The notes beneath the pieces were generated by a model, which worked only from the letters and a program-made list of their open reading frames with translations, made no database searches and was not told the DNA's origin. A stretch of 41,998 bases of DNA from a candidate division WOR-3 bacterium. Lineage in GTDB: Bacteria; Hydrothermota; Tepidihabitantia; SM23-42; JAOAFX01. Positions 29,021 to 38,054 of the stretch are shown piece after piece; position 1 is the stretch's first letter, and each line of letters begins with the position of its first letter. Position numbers and translations under genes: made by a program. The DNA is taken from the NCBI GenBank assembly GCA_039802265.1, contig JBDRWI010000011.1, forward strand, positions 1 to 41,998, read 5' to 3'.

Positions 29021-30109
29021 TCACTTGTGTGTTCCTTTCTTATAAAATGGACCCTTTATGATTTCAACTTCAATCGGTTCCTTTGCGAGAACCTTTAATC
29101 TATAGCCTGGTTCACTGCTGGATATCGCTACATATCCCATTCCTATTCCCTTTTTTAATGATGGGGAAAATGTCCCGGATGTAACAAATCCAGTTTCTTT
29201 TTCTGCATCAAAAATCTTCTGATGGGGTCTGGGAATACCTCTCCCTATTGCCTCAAACCCAACCAATCTTCTCTTTAATCCTTTCTCTTTTATCTTAAGT
29301 AGCGCCTCTCTACCGATAAAATCTCCTTTGTCTAATTTTACAATCCAGCCCAAGCCTGCCTCAAGCGGGTTTGTTGTCTGGTCAATATCATTTCCATAAA
29401 GGCAGTATCGCATTTCAAACCGGAGTGTATCACGGGCACCGAGGCCGATTGGTTTTATTCCAAACTCTTGTCCTGCTTCAAATATGATGTTCCAGATCCT
29501 CTCCGCATCTCTTCTGTTCATATATACCTCAAACCCATCTTCTCCAGTATAGCCGGTTCTTGAAAGCAAGACATTTATCCCCTTGATTTCTGTTTCAACT
29601 GCCCAGTAGTATTTCAACTCCGCAAGGTTGAAGTCCAGAATCTTCTGCATTACCATTTCAGATTTTGGTCCCTGTACAGCCAGCTGTCCAATCTCATCGC
29701 TCAAGTTTTCAACCCGAACATCAAATTTCTTGTTTTCCAAAATCCAGGTAAAATCCTTCTCCGTATTTGCCGCGTTGACCACAAGTAATATTCGGTCTTT
29801 CAAGTTATAGACCAAAAGGTCATCAACAATTCCCCCATCCGGGTAGAGCATAGTGGAATATTGGACCTGATTTAACTGGAGTTTTGATACATCATTGGTG
29901 GTGAGATAATTGACAAATTCAGTTCGCCCTGGTCCGGTTATTTCAATCTCGCCCATATGGGAAACATCAAATACACCGACTCCGTTTCGTACTGTTTCAT
30001 GTTCAGGGATGATACCCTCAAATTGTATGGGCATCAAAAAGTTAGCAAACTCAACGATTTTGGCACCGTTTTTCAGGTGCATATCATAAAAAGGGGTCTT
30101 TTTAGCCAT
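29021..30109 (-). CDS. gcvT: Glycine cleavage system aminomethyltransferase T
   Basis: FDVSHMGE, VVNAAN, SRTGYTGEDGFE, GLGARDTLRFE. Confidence 0.97.
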   Translation of the reverse strand: MAKKTPFYDMHLKNGAKIVEFANFLMPIQFEGIIPEHETVRNGVGVFDVSHMGEIEITGPGRTEFVNYLTTNDVSKLQLNQVQYSTMLYPDGGIVDDLLVYNLKDRILLVVNAANTEKDFTWILENKKFDVRVENLSDEIGQLAVQGPKSEMVMQKILDFNLAELKYYWAVETEIKGINVLLSRTGYTGEDGFEVYMNRRDAERIWNIIFEAGQEFGIKPIGLGARDTLRFEMRYCLYGNDIDQTTNPLEAGLGWIVKLDKGDFIGREALLKIKEKGLKRRLVGFEAIGRGIPRPHQKIFDAEKETGFVTSGTFSPSLKKGIGMGYVAISSSEPGYRLKVLAKEPIEVEIIKGPFYKKGTHK

Positions 30110-30115
30110 CTTTCA

Positions 30116-31774
30116 CTAAAATATATCTATCCTTCTGGCCAGAACCGATTTTCCGCGATAATCCGGGAATAAGATAGGAGCCTTCTTGTTAGACCTTATT
30201 CCCGCATCCGCCAGCATCTTTCTGTATCTCCTGAGATGCTCAAGTGTTAGTTTACCAAATTGTGGATTAGACTTCAAATATTGAGCAGTTGAGATTCCGG
30301 CTCTCCTTCCAAAGACGAGACAGTCAAGGGTGGAATTACCCATCAATCTATTCTTTCCATGCACTCCCCCTGATACCTCACCAGCAACCCAAAGACCATC
30401 AATATTTGTTCTGCCCCAGGGGTCGGTTTCTACCCCACCATTTTGATAGTGGAGTGTTGGAAATACTAAAACCGGGTCTTTTCTCATATCAATGTCAAAT
30501 CTTTTAAACATCCGGAACATTCCAGGAAATGACTTCTCAATCGTTCCTGGACCGTTTTTCACATCGATCAATGGTGTATCAAGCCATACACCGCGCATCC
30601 CTGTAGGGGTCGTTATACCCTTCTCTCTGATATAACACTCCCGTATAAAACTTGCCGCCTCAACATCCCTTGGTTCAAGGGGAAAGACAAATGCCTCACC
30701 TTCAATATTTACCGGCTGGGCTCCCATACCTCTTAACTTTTCAGTTAATAACAACCCAATGATCTGCTGGGGATATGCAGCACCAGTTGGATGGTACTGG
30801 ACAGTATCTGTATCACGGAGCTTTGCACCGACCCGATAGGCAAGCACAACACCGTCAGCAGTGGCACCATAGTGATTGGTAGTGGGAAAACCACGGATGT
30901 GAAGCCTTCCAAACCCACCGGTAGCAAGGATTGTTGCCTTTGCCTGCACAATCTTATATTCACCGGTTTCAAGATTATATAAAATTGCTCCAGTGACCCG
31001 GTTGCCATCGGTTAAAAACTCTATCACCGGATAGAATTCAAGGTATGGAATGTTCCGACATCGAAACTCATCTCTCAGTACCCGCAATTCCTCAAGACCG
31101 GTATAGTCCCGGCAGGCGTGCATCCGCAATCTTGAACCACCACCAAATGCCTTTTCTACAAAACTACCATCAGGTTCGCGGTCAAGCATTGCACCGAGGT
31201 TGCATAGCCATTCCATTACAAACGGTGCGTCGTTAACCAGTGCCTCAACGACCTCCGGTTTATTCGCAAAATGTCCCCCACCAATTGTATCAATATAGTG
31301 TAAAACCGGCGAGTCATTTTCTCTATCTGCTGCCTGGGTTCCACCTTCGGCCATCATTGAATTTGAATCACCATGCCTTAGTTTGTTTACCAGCAGAATA
31401 TTTTCTGCCTTAACTCCATTGTCATTCGCTAGTAATGCCGCGGATGTACCGGCAAGTCCACCCCCGATAATCAAAAGGTCAACGCTATAGTCAGGATCTG
31501 ATATCTGAAATTCTTCCGGCTCAATCAATGGGTTTGCCTCCAATAAATCAACAACTTCATTCGGTGCTAAATCCCCGGCATTTGGTCCAAATAATATCTG
31601 CCTTTTTCCGCCCGGTGCATAATCTGGATGGCATAGCTTCAAGACTTCTTCCCTCTCTGCCATTGTCATTGCCTTGGGCGTATAATCCTTGCGCTGTGGC
31701 CGCGTTTTGTTAACCACATCAATAAGTTTTCTCATATATTCCGGATAACCACCGATAAATTTTAATTCCGCCAT
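30116..31774 (-). CDS. Fumarate reductase/succinate dehydrogenase-family flavoprotein
   Basis: IIGGGLAG, AEGG, LATGG, QYHPTG, TEKLRG, PRD, HYQNGG, HGKNRLMGNS. Confidence 0.9.
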   Translation of the reverse strand: MAELKFIGGYPEYMRKLIDVVNKTRPQRKDYTPKAMTMAEREEVLKLCHPDYAPGGKRQILFGPNAGDLAPNEVVDLLEANPLIEPEEFQISDPDYSVDLLIIGGGLAGTSAALLANDNGVKAENILLVNKLRHGDSNSMMAEGGTQAADRENDSPVLHYIDTIGGGHFANKPEVVEALVNDAPFVMEWLCNLGAMLDREPDGSFVEKAFGGGSRLRMHACRDYTGLEELRVLRDEFRCRNIPYLEFYPVIEFLTDGNRVTGAILYNLETGEYKIVQAKATILATGGFGRLHIRGFPTTNHYGATADGVVLAYRVGAKLRDTDTVQYHPTGAAYPQQIIGLLLTEKLRGMGAQPVNIEGEAFVFPLEPRDVEAASFIRECYIREKGITTPTGMRGVWLDTPLIDVKNGPGTIEKSFPGMFRMFKRFDIDMRKDPVLVFPTLHYQNGGVETDPWGRTNIDGLWVAGEVSGGVHGKNRLMGNSTLDCLVFGRRAGISTAQYLKSNPQFGKLTLEHLRRYRKMLADAGIRSNKKAPILFPDYRGKSVLARRIDIF

Positions 31775-31782
31775 CGCTCCTC

Positions 31783-32541
31783 CTATTCCTTCTCTATATC
31801 CCGAGAAGTATAGATTTTTCTTAACTCTTCAATTGGCGCACTCATCAATCTTTTAAGTTCAGGTTCAAACTTTCCCTCCTTTATTTCATCCAATCTCTTT
31901 CTTAGATGTCGTGGAATCGGTAATTTATACTTACCAAATAACCTTCGTGCCAACTGGGCGTAGTTATACTGGGCAAGCTCAGCCGGACAACGGATTGCAC
32001 ACAATCCGCACTGAATACAATCAAAAGAAATCTCTGCAATCTTTTCTATATCCCCCCTCTTCCCGCAGGCAATATATTCCATTACATCAATATCCTGGGG
32101 GCATGCCTTGGTGCAGGAATTACATCCGAGACATTTGAGTATTTCTGGATAGACCTTTAAAAATGCCTCAATACCAGGTTGTAACTGATTTATATCATAA
32201 TTTGCCCTTTGAGCCGGTGTAAATGGAATCTGGACAAGATACATTCCCTCTTCAGCTCGGGTCTGGCAGGCAAGGGCGGTCTTTAAACGATAGTCGCCTT
32301 CAATTCTATAGACAGTTGTACAGGCACCACAGAATCCAGCCCGGCAACCACAGGAGCGGATAAACCGGTAACCTGCAAACTCCATCGCCTGCATTATGGT
32401 CAACCCCGCAGGCACTTTATATTTTTTTCCCATAATTGATATACTAATCCAGTGTTTTATATCTCTTTCATCAATCCCAGTAACTACCGATTTATTTGCC
32501 TCAGCAATTTCATCCATAATGTTCTTCTTTTCTTCAGTCAT
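31783..32541 (-). CDS. FrdB/SdhB-like iron-sulfur subunit ([2Fe-2S] plus two [4Fe-4S])
   Basis: GCRAGFCGAC...LAC, CLGCNSCTKACP, CIQCGLCAIRCP. Confidence 0.88.
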   Translation of the reverse strand: MTEEKKNIMDEIAEANKSVVTGIDERDIKHWISISIMGKKYKVPAGLTIMQAMEFAGYRFIRSCGCRAGFCGACTTVYRIEGDYRLKTALACQTRAEEGMYLVQIPFTPAQRANYDINQLQPGIEAFLKVYPEILKCLGCNSCTKACPQDIDVMEYIACGKRGDIEKIAEISFDCIQCGLCAIRCPAELAQYNYAQLARRLFGKYKLPIPRHLRKRLDEIKEGKFEPELKRLMSAPIEELRKIYTSRDIEKE

Positions 32542-32570
32542 TTTTAGACCTCCTTAATTAACAGATGCGT

Positions 32571-32656
32571 AATGGTTGGGATTGAGATGCTGATTGCGTT
32601 AAATAACAATTGGTTAAAAAACAATATCCCAACCTCAATCCTATCCCCAATCTCTG
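32571..32656. repeat. Degenerate hexamer-based intergenic inverted repeat
   Basis: GGGATTGAG...CTCAATCC arms; related motifs at 35016-35100 and 40381-40449. Confidence 0.5.
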
Positions 32657-32672
32657 TTCTCAAAACATAAAT

Positions 32673-32700
32673 AGTATATCTAAAAACACCACTCTGTCAA
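32673..32700 (-). promoter_or_regulatory. sigma70-type promoter of the Fe-S/flavoprotein/gcv operon
   Basis: Minus strand TTGACA-N16-TATACT. Confidence 0.7.
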
Positions 32701-32703
32701 CTG

Positions 32704-32731
32704 TTGACTTTGACTCTGAATTAAATATAAT
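32704..32731 (+). promoter_or_regulatory. sigma70-type promoter of the SLBB gene (leaderless)
   Basis: TTGACT-N16-TATAAT; ATG 5 nt downstream. Confidence 0.7.
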
Positions 32732-32736
32732 CAGAC

Positions 32737-34014
32737 ATGAAAAATTCGAAATTTATCTTTAAATTTCTACTTTCTACTCAATACTCGCTACTCTTTACTT
32801 TCTTTCTCTTTGCCCAGGAAGGTACTGAAATAGGTGCGCCGGGTGCACCTGAGCTTGATAAACCTGTAGTTTCTGAAGAGTATATACTGATGCCCGGTGA
32901 CCAAATATTGATAACCATAACCGGCGCAACGAACTACTCCTATACAACAAATGTTACCTATGAAGGAAAGGTAACTATCAATATGCCCGTTGCCTCCGTG
33001 CCGACTGCCCAGGGAGTTTATGTACCACAATATGATGTGGTTGCTTCAATTCCGATCTACGGTCTGGATTTAAAATCTGCCCGTGATTCACTGACAAATG
33101 TTTTTTTAAGATACTATAAGAAAATATCTGTTGACATTACGCTATTAGGGATGCGGGCATTTATTGTCTATGTGGCCGGAGAGATAAAAAATCCCGGAAT
33201 TATCAGGGCATATCCAACCGACCGGGTCTCCGAGGTAATAAAAAGGGCGGGTGGCACTACTTCTATCGGGTCCCGAACCAAGATTCTTCTAAAGAGAAAA
33301 AACCAGCCCGATAAGATTGTTAACCTTGAAGAGTTTGAAAATTCGGGAGACCTTTCAGGTAATCCTTTTGTCCAGGACGGTGATTTAATCTATGTTCCCA
33401 AGATGGAAAAATCGGTGATTGTTAAAGGTGCAGTATTCGGAAAAAGAGGTTATGAACTGAGGGTGTCGCAACTGACTGCAGCAATGGAAAGGTCAAGCGA
33501 AGGTCTGTATGAATTGAAACCCGGAGAGCGGGTCTCGGATTTTATTAGTAAAGCTGGGGGAGTAACCCCCTGGGCAGATTTAAATAGTGCCTATATTCAA
33601 AGGGGTGATAAAAAGATTGATATTAATCTTAAAGATGTACTAACAAATGAGAATAGCGAGGCAAATATTGAAATGGAAAGTGGTGATGTTTTGGTAATAC
33701 CCTCTGTTAATGCTGTTGTCTATGTACAGGGACAGGTAGTGAATCCTGGCTCATTTCCATTCCAACCTAATTTAAAAGCGAGTGATTATATCGGCTTTGC
33801 TGGTGGACCACTTGCCGAGGCAAATATGTCGGGTGCCTATGTCCAGCGCGGTAAAAAGAAAATTTCAGTTAAAAGAGACCCAATAATATTAGAAGGGGAT
33901 AGAATCTTTGTACCACGGCAGGTTTTCAAATTCTGGCAGGATTATGTTGAGATTGGTTCGGTAGCAGCATCCCTTTTGATTTCATATTTAACACTGAGGG
34001 CGGCATCAAGATAG
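32737..34014 (+). CDS. SLBB-domain polysaccharide export (OPX/Wza/KpsD-like) protein
   Basis: Signal peptide, EYILMPGDQI, three SLBB repeats (VYVAGEIKNPG, VIVKGAV, VYVQGQVVNPG; GDxIxVP), C-terminal amphipathic helix. Confidence 0.85.
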   Translation: MKNSKFIFKFLLSTQYSLLFTFFLFAQEGTEIGAPGAPELDKPVVSEEYILMPGDQILITITGATNYSYTTNVTYEGKVTINMPVASVPTAQGVYVPQYDVVASIPIYGLDLKSARDSLTNVFLRYYKKISVDITLLGMRAFIVYVAGEIKNPGIIRAYPTDRVSEVIKRAGGTTSIGSRTKILLKRKNQPDKIVNLEEFENSGDLSGNPFVQDGDLIYVPKMEKSVIVKGAVFGKRGYELRVSQLTAAMERSSEGLYELKPGERVSDFISKAGGVTPWADLNSAYIQRGDKKIDINLKDVLTNENSEANIEMESGDVLVIPSVNAVVYVQGQVVNPGSFPFQPNLKASDYIGFAGGPLAEANMSGAYVQRGKKKISVKRDPIILEGDRIFVPRQVFKFWQDYVEIGSVAASLLISYLTLRAASR

Positions 34015-34031
34015 TGAATAAGATAAGCAGT

Positions 34032-34157
34032 AAATTCGAAATTCTAAATTCTAAACAAATTCCAATAACTAAAAACAAAAAACTTCAAATAAATAAGTTG
34101 TCTGAGGCATTTGAAATCAAATATTGCTTCAGATTTAGAAATCAGAATTTAGGATTT
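34032..34157. repeat. Heptamer-based intergenic inverted repeat
   Basis: Left arm AAATTCG AAATTCT AAATTCT; right arm GATTTAGAAATCAGAATTTAGGATTT. Confidence 0.6.
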
Positions 34158-34175
34158 GACTAAAAAGGAGACCTC

Positions 34176-35003
34176 ATGCAAATGACCTTCCTATTTTTTG
34201 TGGCTGGTGAAAATCAAACTACGGGCGTTCAATTTTTTAATGCTGCCCGCTTGAATGTGCTTATTGCATTTATCGTCTATGGAGCATTGCTATTATGGTT
34301 TATTTATCACGCACGAAAGGGGCGCGAATTATTTATAAGAAAAATAAGCGGCCTTGAGGCGGTAGAAGAGGCGGTAGGACGGGCAACAGAAATGGGGAAA
34401 CCTATTCTTTATGTCCCTGGTCTGGCGCCGATAGATGCGATTTCTACAATTGCCTCAATGAATATCCTATCCCAGGTCGCAAAGAAAACCGCTGAATATA
34501 ATACTACACTCCTTGTTCCAAATCGCGACCCGGTAGTATATACTGTTGCGAGAGAAGTTGTCAAAGAGGCGTATACTGATGCCGGCAGACCTGATGCGTT
34601 TAATCCGGATAATGTATATTTTCTGACCCAGGACCAGTTTGGATATACTTCTGCAGTTTGTGGAACAATGGTGCGTGATAAACCCGCCACCAATCTGTTT
34701 ATTGGTTATTTCTGGGCTGAATCACTGGTCCTTGCCGAAACCGGTGCAACGACCGGTGCCATCCAGATTGCTGGCACTGATTCTATATTCCAGTTGCCAT
34801 TTTTTATTGTTGCCTGCGATTATACATTGATTGGTGAGGAACTCTATGCAGCGAGTGCCTATCTTTCCCGGGAACCCCTACTTTTGGGTTCATTAAAAGG
34901 GCAGGACTGGGGCAAGATGATTATTCTTGGTGTCCTTATTATCAGTTCCCTCCTTGCTCTTTTAGGCTGGGAAAAGGTCGTTTCATTTTTTAACATAGGG
35001 TAA
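34176..35003 (+). CDS. Conserved membrane protein, DUF6754-like
   Basis: IRKISGLEAVEEAVGRATEMGKPI, AESLVLAETG, QLPFFIVACDYTLIGEELYAASAYLS recalled as the DUF6754 pattern; SD AAGGAG. Confidence 0.75.
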   Translation: MQMTFLFFVAGENQTTGVQFFNAARLNVLIAFIVYGALLLWFIYHARKGRELFIRKISGLEAVEEAVGRATEMGKPILYVPGLAPIDAISTIASMNILSQVAKKTAEYNTTLLVPNRDPVVYTVAREVVKEAYTDAGRPDAFNPDNVYFLTQDQFGYTSAVCGTMVRDKPATNLFIGYFWAESLVLAETGATTGAIQIAGTDSIFQLPFFIVACDYTLIGEELYAASAYLSREPLLLGSLKGQDWGKMIILGVLIISSLLALLGWEKVVSFFNIG

Positions 35004-35015
35004 AGATAATTTGTC

Positions 35016-35100
35016 GGTGAGGGTTATAATGCTTGTTCTACCTGATAGCCAATTACTATTTAATCAAACCAGCATCTTAACCTCAACCATTTAACCATCT
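35016..35100. repeat. Degenerate intergenic inverted repeat
   Basis: GTGAGGGTTATAATGCT...AGCATCTTAACCTCAAC followed by CATTTAACCATCT; the same tail occurs at 40438-40449. Confidence 0.5.
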
Positions 35101-35113
35101 GTCAGGGGGGGTT

Positions 35114-35740
35114 ATGAAGAAAAAAATACCACTATTCATCTGCATGTTGATGGGTGTAGTAATGATTGCCCAATTTTTCATTGGACACCCATTAAGCCTT
35201 CAGGCAAATGAACATATCAATCGCTGGGTGATTGTCGTATCGGCATTTAGTATAATCCTCGGTATAGGAAGTCTCATTGACCATCATACCGACAGGATTA
35301 AAAGAAAAAACGAAGGCTGGCCCTTCAGTGTTGTAACCATTTTTAGCCTGGGGGCGATGGCAATAATCGGATTATTCTGGGGTATAAAAAGTGGCACACT
35401 CTTTATGACGATATATTCCAACGTAATACTTCCGCTGGGCGCGAGTATGTTCGCAATCCTTGCATTCTATATGGCATCCGCTGCATATCGCGCATTTCGC
35501 GCAAGAACTACCGAGGCAACTTTATTGCTGATTGCTGCCTTTGTCGTCATGCTTGGTTTCGTTCCATTTGGCTATTTTATTCATCCCAAACTTTCGGAAT
35601 TTGCTGAATGGTTACTCAAGGTACCCAATATGGCCGCCAAAAGAGGTATTATGTTTGGTGTTGCACTGGGCATGGTATCAACAGCCTTAAAGATTATTCT
35701 GGGTATTGAGCGTTCCTGGCTCGGAGGAGGTAGACAATGA
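35114..35740 (+). CDS. Conserved hypothetical polytopic membrane protein
   Basis: About 6 TM helices; [35 protein letters not shown]. Confidence 0.8.
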   Translation: MKKKIPLFICMLMGVVMIAQFFIGHPLSLQANEHINRWVIVVSAFSIILGIGSLIDHHTDRIKRKNEGWPFSVVTIFSLGAMAIIGLFWGIKSGTLFMTIYSNVILPLGASMFAILAFYMASAAYRAFRARTTEATLLLIAAFVVMLGFVPFGYFIHPKLSEFAEWLLKVPNMAAKRGIMFGVALGMVSTALKIILGIERSWLGGGRQ

Positions 35741-36579
35741 CCTTTGCAGAAAGGCTCTCCAAAATTCCAAGACAGATTATATATTTGATTATCGCAGCGG
35801 CGATAATCATCCCTCTCATTGTGCCGCTGGGAATGGCAATAAATGTTATGCCCCAGACTCAGAAATTGATTGATTCAATAGAAGAAATTCCTCCAGGCTC
35901 AAAGCCAATTTTAATCTCCTGCGACTTTGACCCGCAGTCTATGCCTGAACTCTATCCAATGCTTGAGGCAATTCTAAACCATTGCTTTAATAAAGACCTC
36001 AAGGTACTCGTTTTAGCTTTGTGGCCTCAGGGAGCCGGGATGGCGGAAATGGCGCTGGGCGAAATTCCACCAAAATACAACAAGAAATATGGTGAGGATT
36101 ATGTATTTTTAGGTTATAAAGCTGGTGGAGCGGCGGTTGTTCTTGGCCTTGGTGATAATTTAAAAAATGTCTTCCCTGTGGATTACTACAAAAATCCTGT
36201 GGATTCACTGCCTTTGACATCCACAATTCAAAACTATAATGACATCAGTCTCGTGGTGAGTTTTTCGGCTGGTGACCCGGGCTATAGAACCTGGCTCCTA
36301 TATGGGCAGTCAAAGTTTGGTTTTAAATTAGGAACCGGGGTAACCGCTGTATCCGCTGCTGATACTTATCCTTACCTAAATAGCGGCCAGCTTATTGGTG
36401 TTTTCGCCGGAATGAAAGGGGCCGCTGAATATGAAACTGCGTTGTATAAAAAGGGCTACCGGTTAACCAATCGGAACGCAACAAAGGCAATGGATGCTCA
36501 ATCACTCGGGCATTTCTTTATTATGCTATTTATTATCATCGGAAATATTGGGTTTTTGCTTTTAAGGAGGTCAAAATGA
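35737..36579 (+). CDS. Conserved hypothetical membrane-anchored protein (two TM flanking a soluble alpha/beta domain)
   Basis: ATGA overlap with the previous gene; [29 protein letters not shown]. Confidence 0.8.
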   Translation: MTFAERLSKIPRQIIYLIIAAAIIIPLIVPLGMAINVMPQTQKLIDSIEEIPPGSKPILISCDFDPQSMPELYPMLEAILNHCFNKDLKVLVLALWPQGAGMAEMALGEIPPKYNKKYGEDYVFLGYKAGGAAVVLGLGDNLKNVFPVDYYKNPVDSLPLTSTIQNYNDISLVVSFSAGDPGYRTWLLYGQSKFGFKLGTGVTAVSAADTYPYLNSGQLIGVFAGMKGAAEYETALYKKGYRLTNRNATKAMDAQSLGHFFIMLFIIIGNIGFLLLRRSK

Positions 36580-37205
36580 ATGTCTCTAACGACATTCTAA
36601 TCTGGATTTCTGCGTTATTAACACTTTGCATATTTTCCTTTATATTCCGGGACAATCTATTCTATCGGTTTGCAGAACATCTCTTTGTTGGAACTTCTGC
36701 CGGATACTTCATCGCCCTATCCTATCACAATGTTGTTTATCCCAATCTTATTGTTCCGCTTTTTAAGGAAGGACATTACATCTATGTTATTCCACTGATT
36801 TTAGGAATTCTTTATATTACGCGCTTTATTCCTCAGATATCTTGGTTCGTGCGGATACCAATTGCCTTTATCCTTGGTTGGGGTTCGGGTGTTGGAATAC
36901 CAGCTGCCCTCCAGACCGATGTGATAAAACAGATTCAGGGGACAATGCTTACAAGGCAAAGTTTTATACGCTGGGATGAAGGATTGTGGGCGGTTATTAT
37001 TTTAATCGGTGTTATTGCTACTTTAATCTTCTTCTTCTTCTCCCGCGAAAGAAAAGGGGTGATTAAACCGTTAGCCAATCTCGGTATAATATTCATTATG
37101 CTTGGATTCGGTGCTTCTTTTGGTTACACAGTAATGGCGAGAATCAGTCTCTTGATCGGCAGATTTCAGTTTCTGCTCGGTCCATGGCTGGGAATAATAA
37201 AATAA
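36576..37205 (+). CDS. Conserved hypothetical polytopic membrane protein
   Basis: ATGA overlap; DNLFYRFAEHLFVG, GFGASFGYTVMARISLLIGR; about 6 TM. Confidence 0.8.
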   Translation: MNVSNDILIWISALLTLCIFSFIFRDNLFYRFAEHLFVGTSAGYFIALSYHNVVYPNLIVPLFKEGHYIYVIPLILGILYITRFIPQISWFVRIPIAFILGWGSGVGIPAALQTDVIKQIQGTMLTRQSFIRWDEGLWAVIILIGVIATLIFFFFSRERKGVIKPLANLGIIFIMLGFGASFGYTVMARISLLIGRFQFLLGPWLGIIK

Positions 37206-37230
37206 AGTCTTACTAAATTTACAAATGGGT

Positions 37231-37914
37231 CTATTGCAGTTTCAGATACTTGTGAACCTGAGGAATTATCCGTACATCCGACAGTCTTTCCATTGCCTTT
37301 TTTTGAATCTCCAGCAAATTAGAAATCTTTCTCAAGAAGACCGGCTGAATTACTAAAGGAATACGAGGGTCTACTCTTTCAATTATTGACACAACCTGCT
37401 CCAATTCCTTCGGTATTAGGTTTTCATTTATTACTATTTTGACAAAAATTTCTTTTCTGCTCGCCATACGCAGAATTTCTTCGTGTCTTTTCCACATGCC
37501 CGGGCGACCTGTTGCCGTGGGAATCTTAAAATCAAGAGCAACAATATCAATATGTTTGGCGACCATTTCAAATGCACCGGGGAGTGTTCCATTAGTTTCT
37601 AAATAAGTTATCTTCCCGATTTTTTTTAATTCTTCACATAATTCCAATAAGAATAACGGCTGAAGTAATGGTTCTCCTCCCGTTAAAGAAACAATATTTT
37701 CGTTAATCTTATCCAGAATAAAATTTACCTCTACCGGATTATTGAATTTCTGTTTAGCATAAATAAACGGACCCTCAAATTTTTGACATTCAGGTACATC
37801 ACAGTAATTGCATGAAAGATTACAACCCAAAAACCGGACAAAGGTCATTCGCTGACCAACTCGGATTCCCTCGCCCTGAATAGAATCAAAAATTTCTCTG
37901 ATATAACCAGACAT
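37231..37914 (-). CDS. queE: 7-carboxy-7-deazaguanine synthase (radical SAM)
   Basis: EIFDSIQGEG, FVRFLGCNLSCNYCD, TGGEP, LETNG, IPQVHK. Confidence 0.9.
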   Translation of the reverse strand: MSGYIREIFDSIQGEGIRVGQRMTFVRFLGCNLSCNYCDVPECQKFEGPFIYAKQKFNNPVEVNFILDKINENIVSLTGGEPLLQPLFLLELCEELKKIGKITYLETNGTLPGAFEMVAKHIDIVALDFKIPTATGRPGMWKRHEEILRMASRKEIFVKIVINENLIPKELEQVVSIIERVDPRIPLVIQPVFLRKISNLLEIQKKAMERLSDVRIIPQVHKYLKLQ

Positions 37915-38054
37915 AAGATGTCACTGCTATTGCCCAGTTAAATCCGAAATGCTAATTTTTAAATACTGAACATTAGCTAAACCTCAATTACTGAAATTGA
38001 AGGGATATTTTAAAAATTTAATTTTGGACTGCACATTTGGAATTTTCCAGAGTC

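Noticed and set aside
30110..30115. Glycine riboswitch before gcvT
   Set aside because: Only 6 bp separate gcvT from the upstream gene.
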